From Macrostomum lignano (Eukaryota), in NCBI GenBank assembly GCA_002269645.1, contig NIVC01001532.1:1-64000 (forward strand): DNA of 64,000 nt, in the 5' to 3' direction. Shown here piece after piece: positions 41,417 to 53,700 of this stretch. A model generated the notes under the pieces. The model did not search any database, had not been told where the DNA came from, and saw nothing but the letters and a program-made list of their open reading frames with translations. Every line of letters begins with the position of its first letter. Position 1 is the stretch's first letter. Position numbers and translations under genes: made by a program.

Positions 41417-44400
41417 ATGACAGACCCGTTTCTGCTCGATCAAGCAGCACTGGAGGCCCGACTCACGGCTCTCCAGGAGACATTCGAGCGTTGGAGAGAG
41501 ATTAGAGATTGTCGAGATGTCGCCGAATTTGTTGCCAAAGCGGATGAGTTCAATTGGTTGCTGGGTGAGTCACTGATTGTTTAGAATGTTAGCTTCACCA
41601 CTGCTTAGTGTAGATTCACCACTGCTTAGTGTAGATTCACCACTGTTTAGTGTAGATTCACCACTGTTTAGTGTAGATTCACCACTGTTTAGTGTAGATT
41701 CACCACTGTTTAGTGTAGATTCACCACTGTTTAGTGTAGATTCACCACTGTTTAGTGTAGATTCACCACTGTTTAGTGTAGATTCACCACTGTTTAGTGT
41801 AGATTCACCACTGCTTAGTGTAGATTCACCACTGCTTAGTGTAGATTCACCACTGTTTAGTGTAGATTCACCACTGTTTAGTGTAGATTCACCACTGTTT
41901 AGTGTAGATTCACCACTGTTTAGTGTAGATTCACCACTGTTTAGTGTAGATTCACCACTGTTTAGTGTAGACTCACCACTGTTTAGTGTAGATTCACCAC
42001 TGTTTAGTGTAGACTCACCACTGTTTAGTGTAGATTAATCATTGTTTAGTGTAGATTCACAATTTTTTAGAGTAGATTTACCTGTGTTTAGTGTAGATTT
42101 ACCACTGCTTGTATACTATACCATCATTCACCAGCAGTTCACCATCATTCACCAGCAATTCACCATCATTCACCAGCAATTAACAATCATTCACCAGCCA
42201 TTCAACGTCATTCACCAGCCATTCACCATCATTCACCAGCAATTCACCATCATTCACCAGCCATTCACCATCATTCACCAGCAATTCACCATCATTCACC
42301 AGCAATTCACCATCATTCACCAGCAGTTCACCATCATTCACCAGCAATTCACCATCATTCATCAGCCATTCACCGTCATTCACCAGCCATTCACCATCAT
42401 TCACTAGCCATTCACCATCATTTACCAGCCATTCACCATCATTCACCAGCAGTTCACCATCATTCACCAGCAATTCACCATCATTCACCAGCAATTAACA
42501 ATCATTCACCAGCCATTCACCATCATTCACCAGCCATTCACCATCATTCACCAGCCATTCACCATCATTCACTAGCCATTCACCATCATTCACCAGCCAT
42601 TCACCATCATTCACCAGCCATTCACTGTCATTCACCAGCCATTCACCATCATTCACCAGCTATTCACCATCATTCACCAGCAATTCACCATCATTTACCA
42701 GCCATTCACCATCATTCACTAGCCATTCACCATCATTCACCAGCTATTCACCATCATTCACCAGCAATCCACCATCATTCACCAGCCATTCACCAGCCAT
42801 TCACCATCATTTACCAGCCATTCACCATCATTCACTAGCCATTCACCATCATTCACCAGCCATTCACCATCATTCACCAGCCATTCACCATCATTCACTA
42901 GCCATTCACCATCATTCACCAGCCATTCACCATCATTCACCAGCAATTCACCATCATTCATCAGCCATTCACCGTCATTCACCAGCAGTTCACCATCATT
43001 CACCAGCAATTCACCATCATTCACCAGCAATTAACAATCATTCACCAGCCATTCAACGTCATTCACCAGCCATTCACCATCATTCACCAGCAATTCACCA
43101 TCATTCACCAGCCATTCACCATCATTCACCAGCAATTCACCATCATTCACCAGCAATTCACCATCATTCACCAGCAGTTCACCATCATTCACCAGCAATT
43201 CACCATCATTCATCAGCCATTCACCGTCATTCACCAGCCATTCACCATCATTCACTAGCCATTCACCATCATTTACCAGCCATTCACCATCATTCACCAG
43301 CAGTTCACCATCATTCACCAGCAATTCACCATCATTCACCAGCAATTAACAATCATTCACCAGCCATTCACCATCATTCACCAGCCATTCACCATCATTC
43401 ACCAGCCATTCACCATCATTCACTAGCCATTCACCATCATTCACCAGCCATTCACCATCATTCACCAGCCATTCACTGTCATTCACCAGCCATTCACCAT
43501 CATTCACCAGCTATTCACCATCATTCACCAGCAATTCACCATCATTTACCAGCCATTCACCATCATTCACTAGCCATTCACCATCATTCACCAGCTATTC
43601 ACCATCATTCACCAGCAATCCACCATCATTCACCAGCCATTCACCAGCCATTCACCATCATTTACCAGCCATTCACCATCATTCACTAGCCATTCACCAT
43701 CATTCACCAGCCATTCACCATCATTCACCAGCCATTCACCATCATTCACTAGCCATTCACCATCATTCACCAGCCATTCACCATCATTCACCAGCAATTC
43801 ACCATCATTCATCAGCCATTCACCGTCATTCACCAGCCATTCACCATCATTCACCAGCAATTCACCATCATTCACCAGCCATTCACCATCATTCACCAGC
43901 AATTCACCATCATTCACCAGCAATTAACAATCATTCACCAGCCATTCACCATCATTCACCAGCCATTTACCATCATTCACCAGCAATTCTCCATCATTCA
44001 CCATCATTCACCATCATTCACCAGCCATTCACCATCATTCACCAGCCATTCACCATCATTCACCAGCCATTCACCGTCATTCACCAGCTATTCACCATCA
44101 TTCACCAGCAATTCTCCATCATTCACCAGCAATTAACAATCATTCACCAGCCATTCACCATCATTCACCAGCCATTCCCCATCATTCACCAGCCATTCAC
44201 CATCATTCACCATCATTCACCATCATTCACCAGCCATTCACCATCATTCACCAGCCATTCACTATCATTCACCAGCCATTCACCGTCATTCACCAGCTAT
44301 TCACCATCATTCACCATCAATTAACAATCATTCACCAGCAATTAACAATCATTCACCAGCCATTCACCATCATTCACTAGCCATTCACCATTATTCACCA

Positions 44401-45174
44401 GCCATTCACCATCATTCACCAGCCATTCACCATCATTCACCATCATTCACCATCATTCACCAGCCATTCACCATCATTCACCAGCCATTCACTGTCATTC
44501 ACTAGCCATTCACCAGTGATTCACGTCTCCAATCAATCGCCAATTCACCTGTTAACCGTTTCCCCCCCCCAAACGCCGCAGTGGAAATTTCCCAGGGCAT
44601 TAAGAACGCCGGCTGGGATCTGGACGATCTGGAGGAGACGCTCAAAATGATGTCGGAGAGCCGGCAGCTGTCAATCAGCGAAGCCGATCACCGGAACCGG
44701 CGCCAGTTCATCGAGAACGCGCGCCAATTGCTGAGCCAAATCAGCGCCGAGACTTTCCCAGCGCCGCAGGGATCGTTGCCGATCAATTCGACCACTAATC
44801 AGTTGCCGGCCGACGCTGAACTGCTCACTAGCGGCGGTGTGGCCACTGTGGGTCGGCTGCACAGCCATCCGCATCATTACGTCGAGGAGCCGGCTAGCTT
44901 GGACCTGCTGGATCCCGGAGACGCATCGTACAGTAGCGGCGGCGGCGGCGTTAGTCGATGGAAACGACGCCTTGGACAGCTTGGCGCCGTCAAAGGCTGC
45001 TGCTGTTTCGCAACGCGACTTCGAGCGCGGATCTTCTTGGCGGCGCTGCTGGCGGCGCTGCTGCTGCTGCTGATTGTCGGCATCGCCACGGCTGTCGGCA
45101 GGAGCCGCGGCGGAGATGAAGGCAACAATGGCACAACGCTGGAAGCTTCCAGTCCGACAACGGCCGGTACTTAA
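41417..45174 (+). CDS. Syntaxin-6 N-terminal (Habc) domain + single TM protein without SNARE motif, paralogue A, ~246 aa. Exons: 41417-41564, 44582-45174
   Basis: N-terminal MTDPFLL, FERW and WDLDDLEETL match the Syntaxin-6_N pattern (DPF...W...WDLEDLDETI); phase-1 GT-AG intron; TM segment IFLAALLAALLLLLIVGIATAV. Confidence 0.82.
41590..42115. repeat. 21-nt minisatellite, paralogue A intron
   Basis: Unit TTCACCACTGTTTAGTGTAGA. Confidence 0.95.
42118..44520. repeat. 21-nt minisatellite with an ~851-bp internal duplication
   Basis: Unit TTCACCATCATTCACCAGC[C/A]A; identical artefact ORFs are offset by 851 nt. Confidence 0.96.
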
Positions 45175-45319
45175 AATTGCATATTGAGTTCGGCTGAGCA
45201 AGCGGCTGGCTACTAATTGCCTTCCTATATATGTACTTTAAGCATGTACTTTAGTGAAGTATTATTAGTTTTTGAAGAGTCTGGACTGTTCGTTTTGGCT
45301 CGGCCTCAGGCAAGCCATT

Positions 45320-45645
45320 GATTTTAGCGCCTCAACCCCCACTGGAAGGTAATTGGCGTCTCTATTAACCCCTTATCCACAGGCAGGAATTTTGGGCCTC
45401 AACCTCTCACTGCAGGTAATTGGGGCTCAACCCCCCCCCCCTACTGGCGGGTAATTAGAGCCTCAACCCCCCCCCCCCTACTGGCAGGCAATTGGGGCCT
45501 GCCTCAACACCTCACTGCAGGCAATTGGGGCCTCAACCCTCCCCCCCCCACTAGCAGGTAATTTGGGGCTCAACCCCTCACTGCAGGTAATTGGGGCCCC
45601 AACCCCCCCCCCCCTACTGGCAGGTAATTGGGGCCTCAACCCACA
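45320..45645. repeat. ~36-nt degenerate repeat with C-runs
   Basis: GGGCCTCAACCCCCCCCC..ACTG[G/C]CAGGTAATT recurs. Confidence 0.85.
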
Positions 45646-46099
45646 TTCTCGCGAATTTTGAGCAAAGTATTTATTCTTGTCAAATTTCAATAAGCGAGAC
45701 TTTCATATTTATTGTTAGCTTCCAACCAGCTAAACGAGCATTAGAAATGAAATTATACCTTTCACTTGCTCCTTGCTCTACGCTGCTGAAAAATCATACT
45801 TATGATGCCGATTTGTTCTGAAATCAGGCTGAGGCTGTCTTCTTTTGCATTCCAAACCAACACTTTTTATTTGTAAACTGAACAGAAAATGTCAATCGCG
45901 CCTATTAATGGTTGAGTGCGCTGCGTTGAAAACATTTTTCCCATTTTTAGTGGAAGATTTGCGGCTTCCTACTCTTAGTAGAACAAATATATTTCGCTAT
46001 AACAAGTTGTGGTGCATATTATTATGTAAATCTGCGAAATTCCAGTAAATTCATCTCATTTTCTTTAAACAGTTACTTAGTATATTATCACTGTTGGCC

Positions 46100-46390
46100 A
46101 CTCAGTCATTGAGAATCTGCCTCTCCGCTCACTCAGTCATTGAGAATCTGCCTCTCCGCTCACTCAGTCATTGAGAATCTGCCTCTCCGCTCACTCAATC
46201 ATTGAGAATCTGCCTCTCCGCTCACTCAATCATTGAGAATCTGCCTCTCCGCTCACTCAGTCATTGAGAATCTGCCTCTCCGCTCACTCAGTCATTGAGA
46301 ATCTGCCTCTCCGCTCACTCAGTCATTGAGAATCTGCCTCTCCGCTCACTCAGTCATTGAGAATCTGCCTCTCCGCTCACTCAGTCATCT
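46100..46390. repeat. 31-nt minisatellite, ~9 copies
   Basis: Unit CTCAGTCATTGAGAATCTGCCTCTCCGCTCA. Confidence 0.94.
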
Positions 46391-46834
46391 GCATCTTAAC
46401 TGTTCCAATCGATAGCTAGAAGTACATTTATGTGTCAAAAAGTACAGAAGTCATACAGTACCAGGCCGAAAAGCTTGCATACACAGGAAGTGCATTGGTT
46501 TACTTAAAATAACGCAAATCCAAGTCAATGCTTCACAGTTTAAAGCTTCCTGTGCTTTCAACAACTGTTCTTTTCGATCTAATTGAACAGGAAATTTTAT
46601 TGACGAGCAACACAAATATAAAAATTAATACCCCAATTTCACTATTCGAAACTGGCAAAATGTATTTCATTTATTGTGAGAATGATATTGAGACTTTATG
46701 TACGAGTACTTAATTATGCAAGCAAATATGGAGATCACACATAATTAGCCTTGTTGAACTTCTGACAGATGGGCCAAAATGTGAGTGCCATAGCTGCTAT
46801 CCAGTGCGATTTTAACACTCGTAACAGAAAGACC

Positions 46835-47610
46835 CCTGACACCGCATTCACCAACTTCTGACCGCATCATTCACCAACTCATGACACCGCATTCACACAC
46901 TCCTGACACCGCATTCACCAACTTCTGACCGCATCATTCACCAACTCATGACACCGCATTCACACACTCCTGACACCGCATTCACCAACTTCTGACAGCA
47001 TCATTCACCAACTCATGACACCGCATTCACCAACTTCTAACAGCAGCATTCACCAACTCATGACACCGCATTCACCAACTCCTGACACCGCATTCACCCA
47101 ACTTCTGACAGCATCATTCACCAACTCATGACACCGCATTCACCAACTCCTGAGACCGCATTCACCAACTTCTGACAGCATCATTCACCAACTCATGACA
47201 CCGCATTCACCAACTCCTGACACCGCATTCACCAACTTCTGACAGCATCATTCACCAACTCATGACACCGCATTCACCAACTTCTAGCAGCACCATTCAC
47301 CAACTCATGACACCGCATTCACCAACTTCTGACAGCACCATTCACCAACTCATGACACCCTATTCACAAACCCCTCACAGCATCATTCACCAACTCATGA
47401 CACCCCAGATTTCACCAACCTCTGACACCAGCATTCAGCAACCTCTGACAACACCATTCATCAACCTCGGACATCACCATTCACCACCCTTTGACACCGC
47501 ATTCACCAACTTCTGACACCCCATTTACCAACCTGTGATACCACTATTCACCAACTTCTGACACCCCATTTACCAACCTGTGAAACCACTATTCACCAAC
47601 TCCAGACACC
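46835..47610. repeat. Compound ~22-nt minisatellite between the two syntaxin-like 3' ends
   Basis: ATTCACCAACT(TC/CA/CC)TGACA units. Confidence 0.9.
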
Positions 47611-47716
47611 CTAAAGCATAATGATATTGACAATGTACATTATAAAGTTAATCAACTATGACGTCATCAGTATATTAGCAACTGATTAATTAATTAATTA
47701 ATTAGCATCGTCGCAA

Positions 47717-49184
47717 TCAGCACCACCAATGAGTCCAGTCTGGGGCGCAGGTCGGCCTCTCTGTGGGGGCCTCAGTGGAGGCGGCGGTGTGTTTCGCTGC
47801 CAGGACCACCACCGTGATGAAGACAATCAGGCACACAATGGCCAGCATGCCCAGCAGGTAGCGGTACCGGTACACCCAGCCTGCCCAGTCCCGGTTGTGA
47901 AATCGCATGCGTTCCAAGTCGCGCAGGCTGTCAATCTCGACAGTCGGGAATGTCAGCGAGCCGCTCGAGTTTGAAGAGTTCGAACTCTTGCGCCACGACA
48001 TCAAAGGAACCGCAGCTGCTGTTCCGGCTGCTCCATTGCCGTCAGTTCTCGATCGGGTCTTGCCAGACTCCAGGTCGATCTCTTCATCTCCATCCTCGAT
48101 TCCTTCATCGTCTGGCTCCGTAGCTTCGTTATTCGACGGCGTAGTGGTTGCCATGGCAACCTCCCTAGCAACCTCGTCAATGAAGCTGCGAACTCTGACT
48201 AAGAAAGCCGATCGATTGTCCCTGCTGGACGCTGATGCCAGGGCTGGCGAATTGGCTTTGAGCATGAGGCTCAGCGTCTCCTGCAGGTCATCGATTTCCC
48301 AGCCGATCGATCGGACTGAGGTGGACAGCTCATCTGAGTCGATGAGGTGGGGGAGGTTAGCAGCTAATTTTTTTTCCCTTGGCAACCGAATTGGCCCAAC
48401 ATGAATTAACATGGCGCAATCGGAACTAAATTTGGTTTCCTAGCGACTAACTTTGGGCTAGCAACGAAGTTTTCCCCTTAGCAACCAAATTTCCTCTGCC
48501 CTAGCAACCAAGTCTTCTCTTCCCTAGCAACCGAGATTTCCCCTAAAAACCCTTTTTTCTCAGCACTAGTATCCGAGTCTTCTCTGCCCTAGCAACGAGA
48601 TTTCCCCTAACAACTAACTTTCCTCTGACCTAGCAACCAAGTTTTTTCTTCCCTAGCAACCGAGCTTTCCCCTAACAACTAACTTTCCTCTTCCCTAGCA
48701 ACAAAGTTTTCTCTTCCCTAGCAACCGAGATCTCCCCTAAAAACAAACTTTTCTCTGTCCTCGTATCCAAGTCTTTTCTTCCCTAGCAACCGAGATTTCC
48801 CCTAACAACTAACTTTCCCCTGCATTAGTATCCAAGTCTTCTCTTCCCTAGCAACTGATTGCTGCCTGCCCTAGCAACTAAATTTCCCCTTCTCTAGCAA
48901 CAATATATTCCCCCTTCTCTAGCAACAATATATTCCCCCCTAGCAAGCAATTTGGTCGCCTAGACAACCCTTGCTTAGGGCCTAGCAACAAAAATGAAGC
49001 CATTCGTAGGTGTATTAAACTCACTAGTCAGGTAGCGGTACTCCTCATTCACCTCCTCCCTCTCCTCAGTCCCAGCCGGCGGTAGGTCTCCATCTCTCAG
49101 CTGGCGCCATCGCTCAAAGTTCGGTGTCAGCAGCTCAATCTGGCCTTCGATTCTGTTTTGATCTAGCAGAAACGGGTCGTCCAT
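47717..49184 (-). CDS. Syntaxin-6 N-terminal domain + single TM protein without SNARE motif, paralogue B, ~258 aa. Coding exons: 49184-49025, 48333-47717
   Basis: MDDPFLLDQ...FERWRQLRD...WEIDDLQETL; phase-1 intron at the same position as in paralogue A; TM segment YLLGMLAIVCLIVFITVVVLAA. Confidence 0.82.
48430..48990. repeat. Degenerate CCCTAGCAAC array, paralogue B intron
   Basis: About 15 TAGCAAC occurrences. Confidence 0.85.
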
Positions 49185-49509
49185 TATTGCACTGGCAATG
49201 CTTGTCTCAGTGTGTGTTTTCAGTTTGACAATTCTCAGGCATAAAGTCAGCTGACTTGGTGTAGAGTCAAAGGTTTTGAGCTTATCAGCTAAGAGCAGGG
49301 GGGGGGGGGCAAACGACCCCAATTTGCAAGTTGATATCAGCAGCAGCTTTGAGTGTACACAGCCGTATATTTCTTCAGAAATTTTTGTGAAGAATTTTTA
49401 CGAACTTAAAACTTGCGCCTCAGTGGTAGCCGCAAGAAGTTAATTGCTCGCCCTTAGCCCCAACTTTGGCAGTCAGACTGGCTCTAATTCGCTCTGAAAA
49501 TAGACATTA

Positions 49510-51015
49510 CCAATGTACACTCAGTCAGAGACTCAGAGTCCTCACCCCACCAATGTACACTCAGTCAGAGACTCAGAGTCCTCACCCCACCAATGTACAC
49601 TCAGTCAGAGACTCAGAGTCCTCACCCCACCAATGTACACTCAGTCAGAGACTCAGAGTCCTCACCCCACCAATGTACACTCAGTCAGAGACTCAGAGTC
49701 CTCACCCCACCAATGTACACTCAGTCAGAGACTCAGAGTCCTCACCCCACCAATGTACACTCAGTCAGAGACTCAGAGTCCTCACCCCACCAATGTACAC
49801 TCAGTCAGAGTCTATATAGCTTCTCACCCCACCAATGTACACTCAGTCAGAGTCTATAGCTTCTCACCCCACCAATGTACACTCAGTCAGAGTCTATAGC
49901 ATCTCACCCCACCAATGTACACTCAGTCAGAGTCTAAAGCTTCTCACCCCACCAATGTACACTCAGTCAGAGTCTATATAGCATCTCACCCCACCAATGT
50001 ACACTCAGTCAGAGTCTCTTCTCACCCCACCAATGTACACTCAGTCAGAGTCTAAAGCCTCTCACCCCACCAATGTACACTCAGTCAGAGTCTAAAGCTT
50101 CTCACCCCACCAATGTACACTCAGTCAGACTCTAAAGCTTCTCACCCCACCAATGTACACTCAGTCAGAGTCTCTTCTCACCCCACCAATGTACACTCAG
50201 TCAGAGTCTAAAGCCTCTCACCCCACCAATGTACACTCAGTCAGAGTCTAAAGCTTCTCACCCCACCAATGTACACTCAGTCAGACTCTAAAGCTTCTCA
50301 CCCCACCAATGTACACTCAGTCAGAGTCTAAAGCTTCTCACCCCACCAATGTACACTCAGTCAGAGTCTATAGCTTCTCACCCCACCAATGTACACTCAG
50401 TCAGAGTCTAAAGCTTCTCACCCCACCAATGTACACTCAGTCAGAGTCTATATAGCATCTCACCCCACCAATGTACACTCAGTCAGAGTCTATAGCTTCT
50501 CACCCCAATGATGTACACTCAGTCAGAGTCTATATAGCTTCTCACCCCACCAATGTACACTCAGTCAGAGTCTAAAGCTTCTCACCACACCAATGAACAC
50601 TCAGTCAGAGTCTATATAGCTTCCCAACCACCAATGTACACTCAGTCAGAGTCTATAGCTTCTCACCCCACCAATGAACACTCAGTCAGAATCTCTTCTC
50701 ACCCCACCAATGTACACTCAGTCAGAGTCTATAGCTTCTCACCCCACCAATGTACACTCAGTCAGAGTCTATAGCTTCTCACCCCACCAATGTACACTCA
50801 GTCAGAGTCTATAGCTTCTCACCCCACCAATGTACACTCAGTCAGAGTCTATAGCTTCTCACCCCACCAATGTACACTCAGTCAGAGTCTATAGCTTCTC
50901 ACCCCACCAATGTACACTCAGTCAGAGTCTATAGCTTCTCACCCCACCAATGTACACTCAGTCAGAGTCTATAGCTTCTCACCCCACCAATGTACACTCA
51001 GTCAGAGTCTATAGC
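49510..51015. repeat. 37-40-nt minisatellite (core CCAATGTACACTC)
   Basis: Unit CAATGTACACTCAGTCAGAG...CTCACCCCAC. Confidence 0.96.
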
Positions 51016-51504
51016 TCATACTCACTCACCTCGTAAAAAATTAAACAATGAAGATTTTAATTTTTTTATTGAAATAGATAGAAAATAATTCAAAACGCAA
51101 TGTAAACGCACCGTTTATTAGACACAATTTTTCTGTTATTAATATTATTGTATCTACGATTGAAATGAACTATAAAATGGCACAAATGAAAAAAACACTA
51201 TAATTATAAAGTTGAGAGTCAAGACACGAGCGAAAAACCTGTAAGTTCACACGGATAATAAAACTGAATAGAACAATTATTAATCGGAAAATTACAGAAC
51301 TAATTGAGAAAAAAATTAAAGCAGATGTTATCAATTTTTCCATAGCAGAACACACACGAAGACCAAAAAAGTGTAAAAAATTATACAAGAAAATTTTTCT
51401 GTTTGATTGTGATTTAGGAAATTGATTTCTCTAAAGAAAAGATGGAGTCTTCTTAGCAATGCTACCCAGATAAGAGAAAACGTATCAAGGACAATTATAT
51501 TAGC

Positions 51505-52742
51505 GGGTGTACATTGGAGATAAGGGCTGATTCTTAGCGAGTGTACATTGGAGATAAGGGCTGATTCTTAGCGAGTGTACATTGGAGATAAGGGCTGATT
51601 CTTAGCGAGTGTACATTGGAGATAAGGGCTGATTCTTAGCGAGTGTACATTGGAGATAAGGGCTGATTCTTAGCGAGTGTACATTGGAGATAAGGGCTGA
51701 TTCTTAGCGAGTGTACATTGGAGATAAGGGCTGATTCTTAGCGAGTGTACATTGGAGATAAGGACTGATTCTTAGCGAGTGTGCATTGGAGATAAGGACT
51801 GATTCTTAGCGAGTGTACATTGGAGATAAGGGACTGATTCTTAGCGAGTGTACATTGGAGATAAGGGCTGATTCTTAGCGAGTGTACATTGGAGATAAGG
51901 GCTGATTCTTAGCGAGTGTACATTGGAGATAAGGGCTGATTCTTAGCGAGTGTACATTGGAGATAAGGGCTGATTCTTAGCGAGTGTGCATTGGAGATAA
52001 GGACTGATTCTTAGCGAGTGTACATTGGAGATAAGGGCTGATTCTTAGCGAGTGTGCATTGGAGATAAGGACTGATTCTTAGCGAGTGTACATTGGAGAT
52101 AAGGGACTGATTCTTAGCGAGTGTACATTGGAGATAAGGGCTGATTCTTAGCGAGTGTACATTGGAGATAAGGGCTGATTCTTAGCGAGTGTACATTGGA
52201 GATAAGGGCTGATTCTTAGCGAGTGTACATTGGAGATAAGGACTGATTCTTAGCGAGTGTGCATTGGAGATAAGGGCTGATTCTTAGCGAGTGTACATTG
52301 GAGATAAGGGACTGATTCTTAGCGAGTGTACATTGGAGATAAGGGCTGATTCTTAGCGAGTGTACATTGGAGATAAGGGCTGATTCTTAGCGAGTGTACA
52401 TTGGAGATAAGGGCTGATTCTTAGCGAGTGTGCATTGGAGATAAGGACTGATTCTTAGCGAGTGTACATTGGAGATAAGGGCTGATTCTTAGCGAGTGTG
52501 CATTGGAGATAAGGACTGATTCTTAGCGAGTGTACATTGGAGATAAGGGACTGATTCTTAGCGAGTGTGCATTGGAGATAAGGGCTGATTCTTAGCGAGT
52601 GTACATTGGAGATAAGGGCTGATTCTTAGCGAGTGTGCATTGGAGATAAGGACTGATTCTTATCGAGTGTACATAGGAGATAAGGGACTGATTCTTAGCG
52701 AGTGTACATTGGAGATAAGGGCTGATTCTTAGCGAGTGTACA
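51505..52742. repeat. 34-nt minisatellite (core GAGTGTACATTGG)
   Basis: Unit GAGTGTACATTGGAGATAAGGGCTGATTCTTAGC. Confidence 0.96.
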
Positions 52743-53274
52743 CAGAAAAATTTAGATGACAATAATCTAGGATATTACATACATAAAGCATTCCAGTATT
52801 ACTGTAAGACAATTCGAAAGATAACAAAATGCGTACCATACTACTATAATTGCTACTGAAAACAATCCAAGGCTAACTCTCAGCTACTTTTATTACCGTA
52901 TTGAAAGAAAGCATAAAAGCAAAAAGCAGCAATCTCCGAGACTAGTTCAAGCGCACCTGTAATTTAGTTGACAAGTTAGTTAGCAAAGAACAATATATAA
53001 TTCTACTATGCTTTCTAAAGTAATCCACACACACAAAGGAGAGCAGGAATGCAGAGTAAATAATATTAAGAAAAAACTCACCTTGAATTGATATATAGAG
53101 GCGGATTTGTTACTTTTAACATCTGCTTATGAATTATTACGATAAAACTTAAAATTCCGATTTTCACAATTTTCGATACATATCGGTAGAAGATAGCAAA
53201 GCATTTAGGAAAAACGCAAAGAATGGAATTGGAGTCTTGGACAAATAAATGAATTAATTTTTATATTGAGCTTA

Positions 53275-53700
53275 ATTGCTTAGCAACCGTGGCTAGGTTA
53301 CAGCCGTACTAAAGAAACTAATGTTATCATCACCATGGCAACCGTTGCTAAGCTATCTTCATAGCAACAGTCACTGGACTATTTAGTTAAACTAAATATT
53401 AGGACCTTAGCAACCGTTGCTAAGCTACTTTCATAGCAGCCGTTTCCAAGCTACCTTCATAGCAACCGTTGCTAAGCTATCTTCATAGCAACCGTTGCTA
53501 AGCTATCTTCATAGCAACAGTCACTGGACTATTTAGTTAAACTAAATATTAGGACCTTAGCAACCGTTGCTAAGCTACTTTCATAGCAGCCGTTTCCAAG
53601 CTACCTTCATAGCAACCGTTGCTAAGCTATCTTCATAGCAACAGTCGCTGGAGTATTTAGTTAAACTAAATATTAGGACCTTAGCAACCGTTGCTAAGAG
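53275..53700. repeat. Palindromic TAGCAACCGTTGCTAAG compound repeat at the IPMK 3' end
   Basis: Direct inspection; higher-order duplication of ~170 nt. Confidence 0.9.

Noticed and set aside
51170-51388. 72-aa hydrophobic minus-strand ORF in the predicted UTR exon
   Set aside because: Hydrophobicity is expected from T-rich sequence and there is no recognisable family; at most a uORF.
38082-52742. CRISPR-like regular arrays
   Set aside because: Head-to-tail repeats without unique spacers, no cas genes, and a eukaryotic spliced context.
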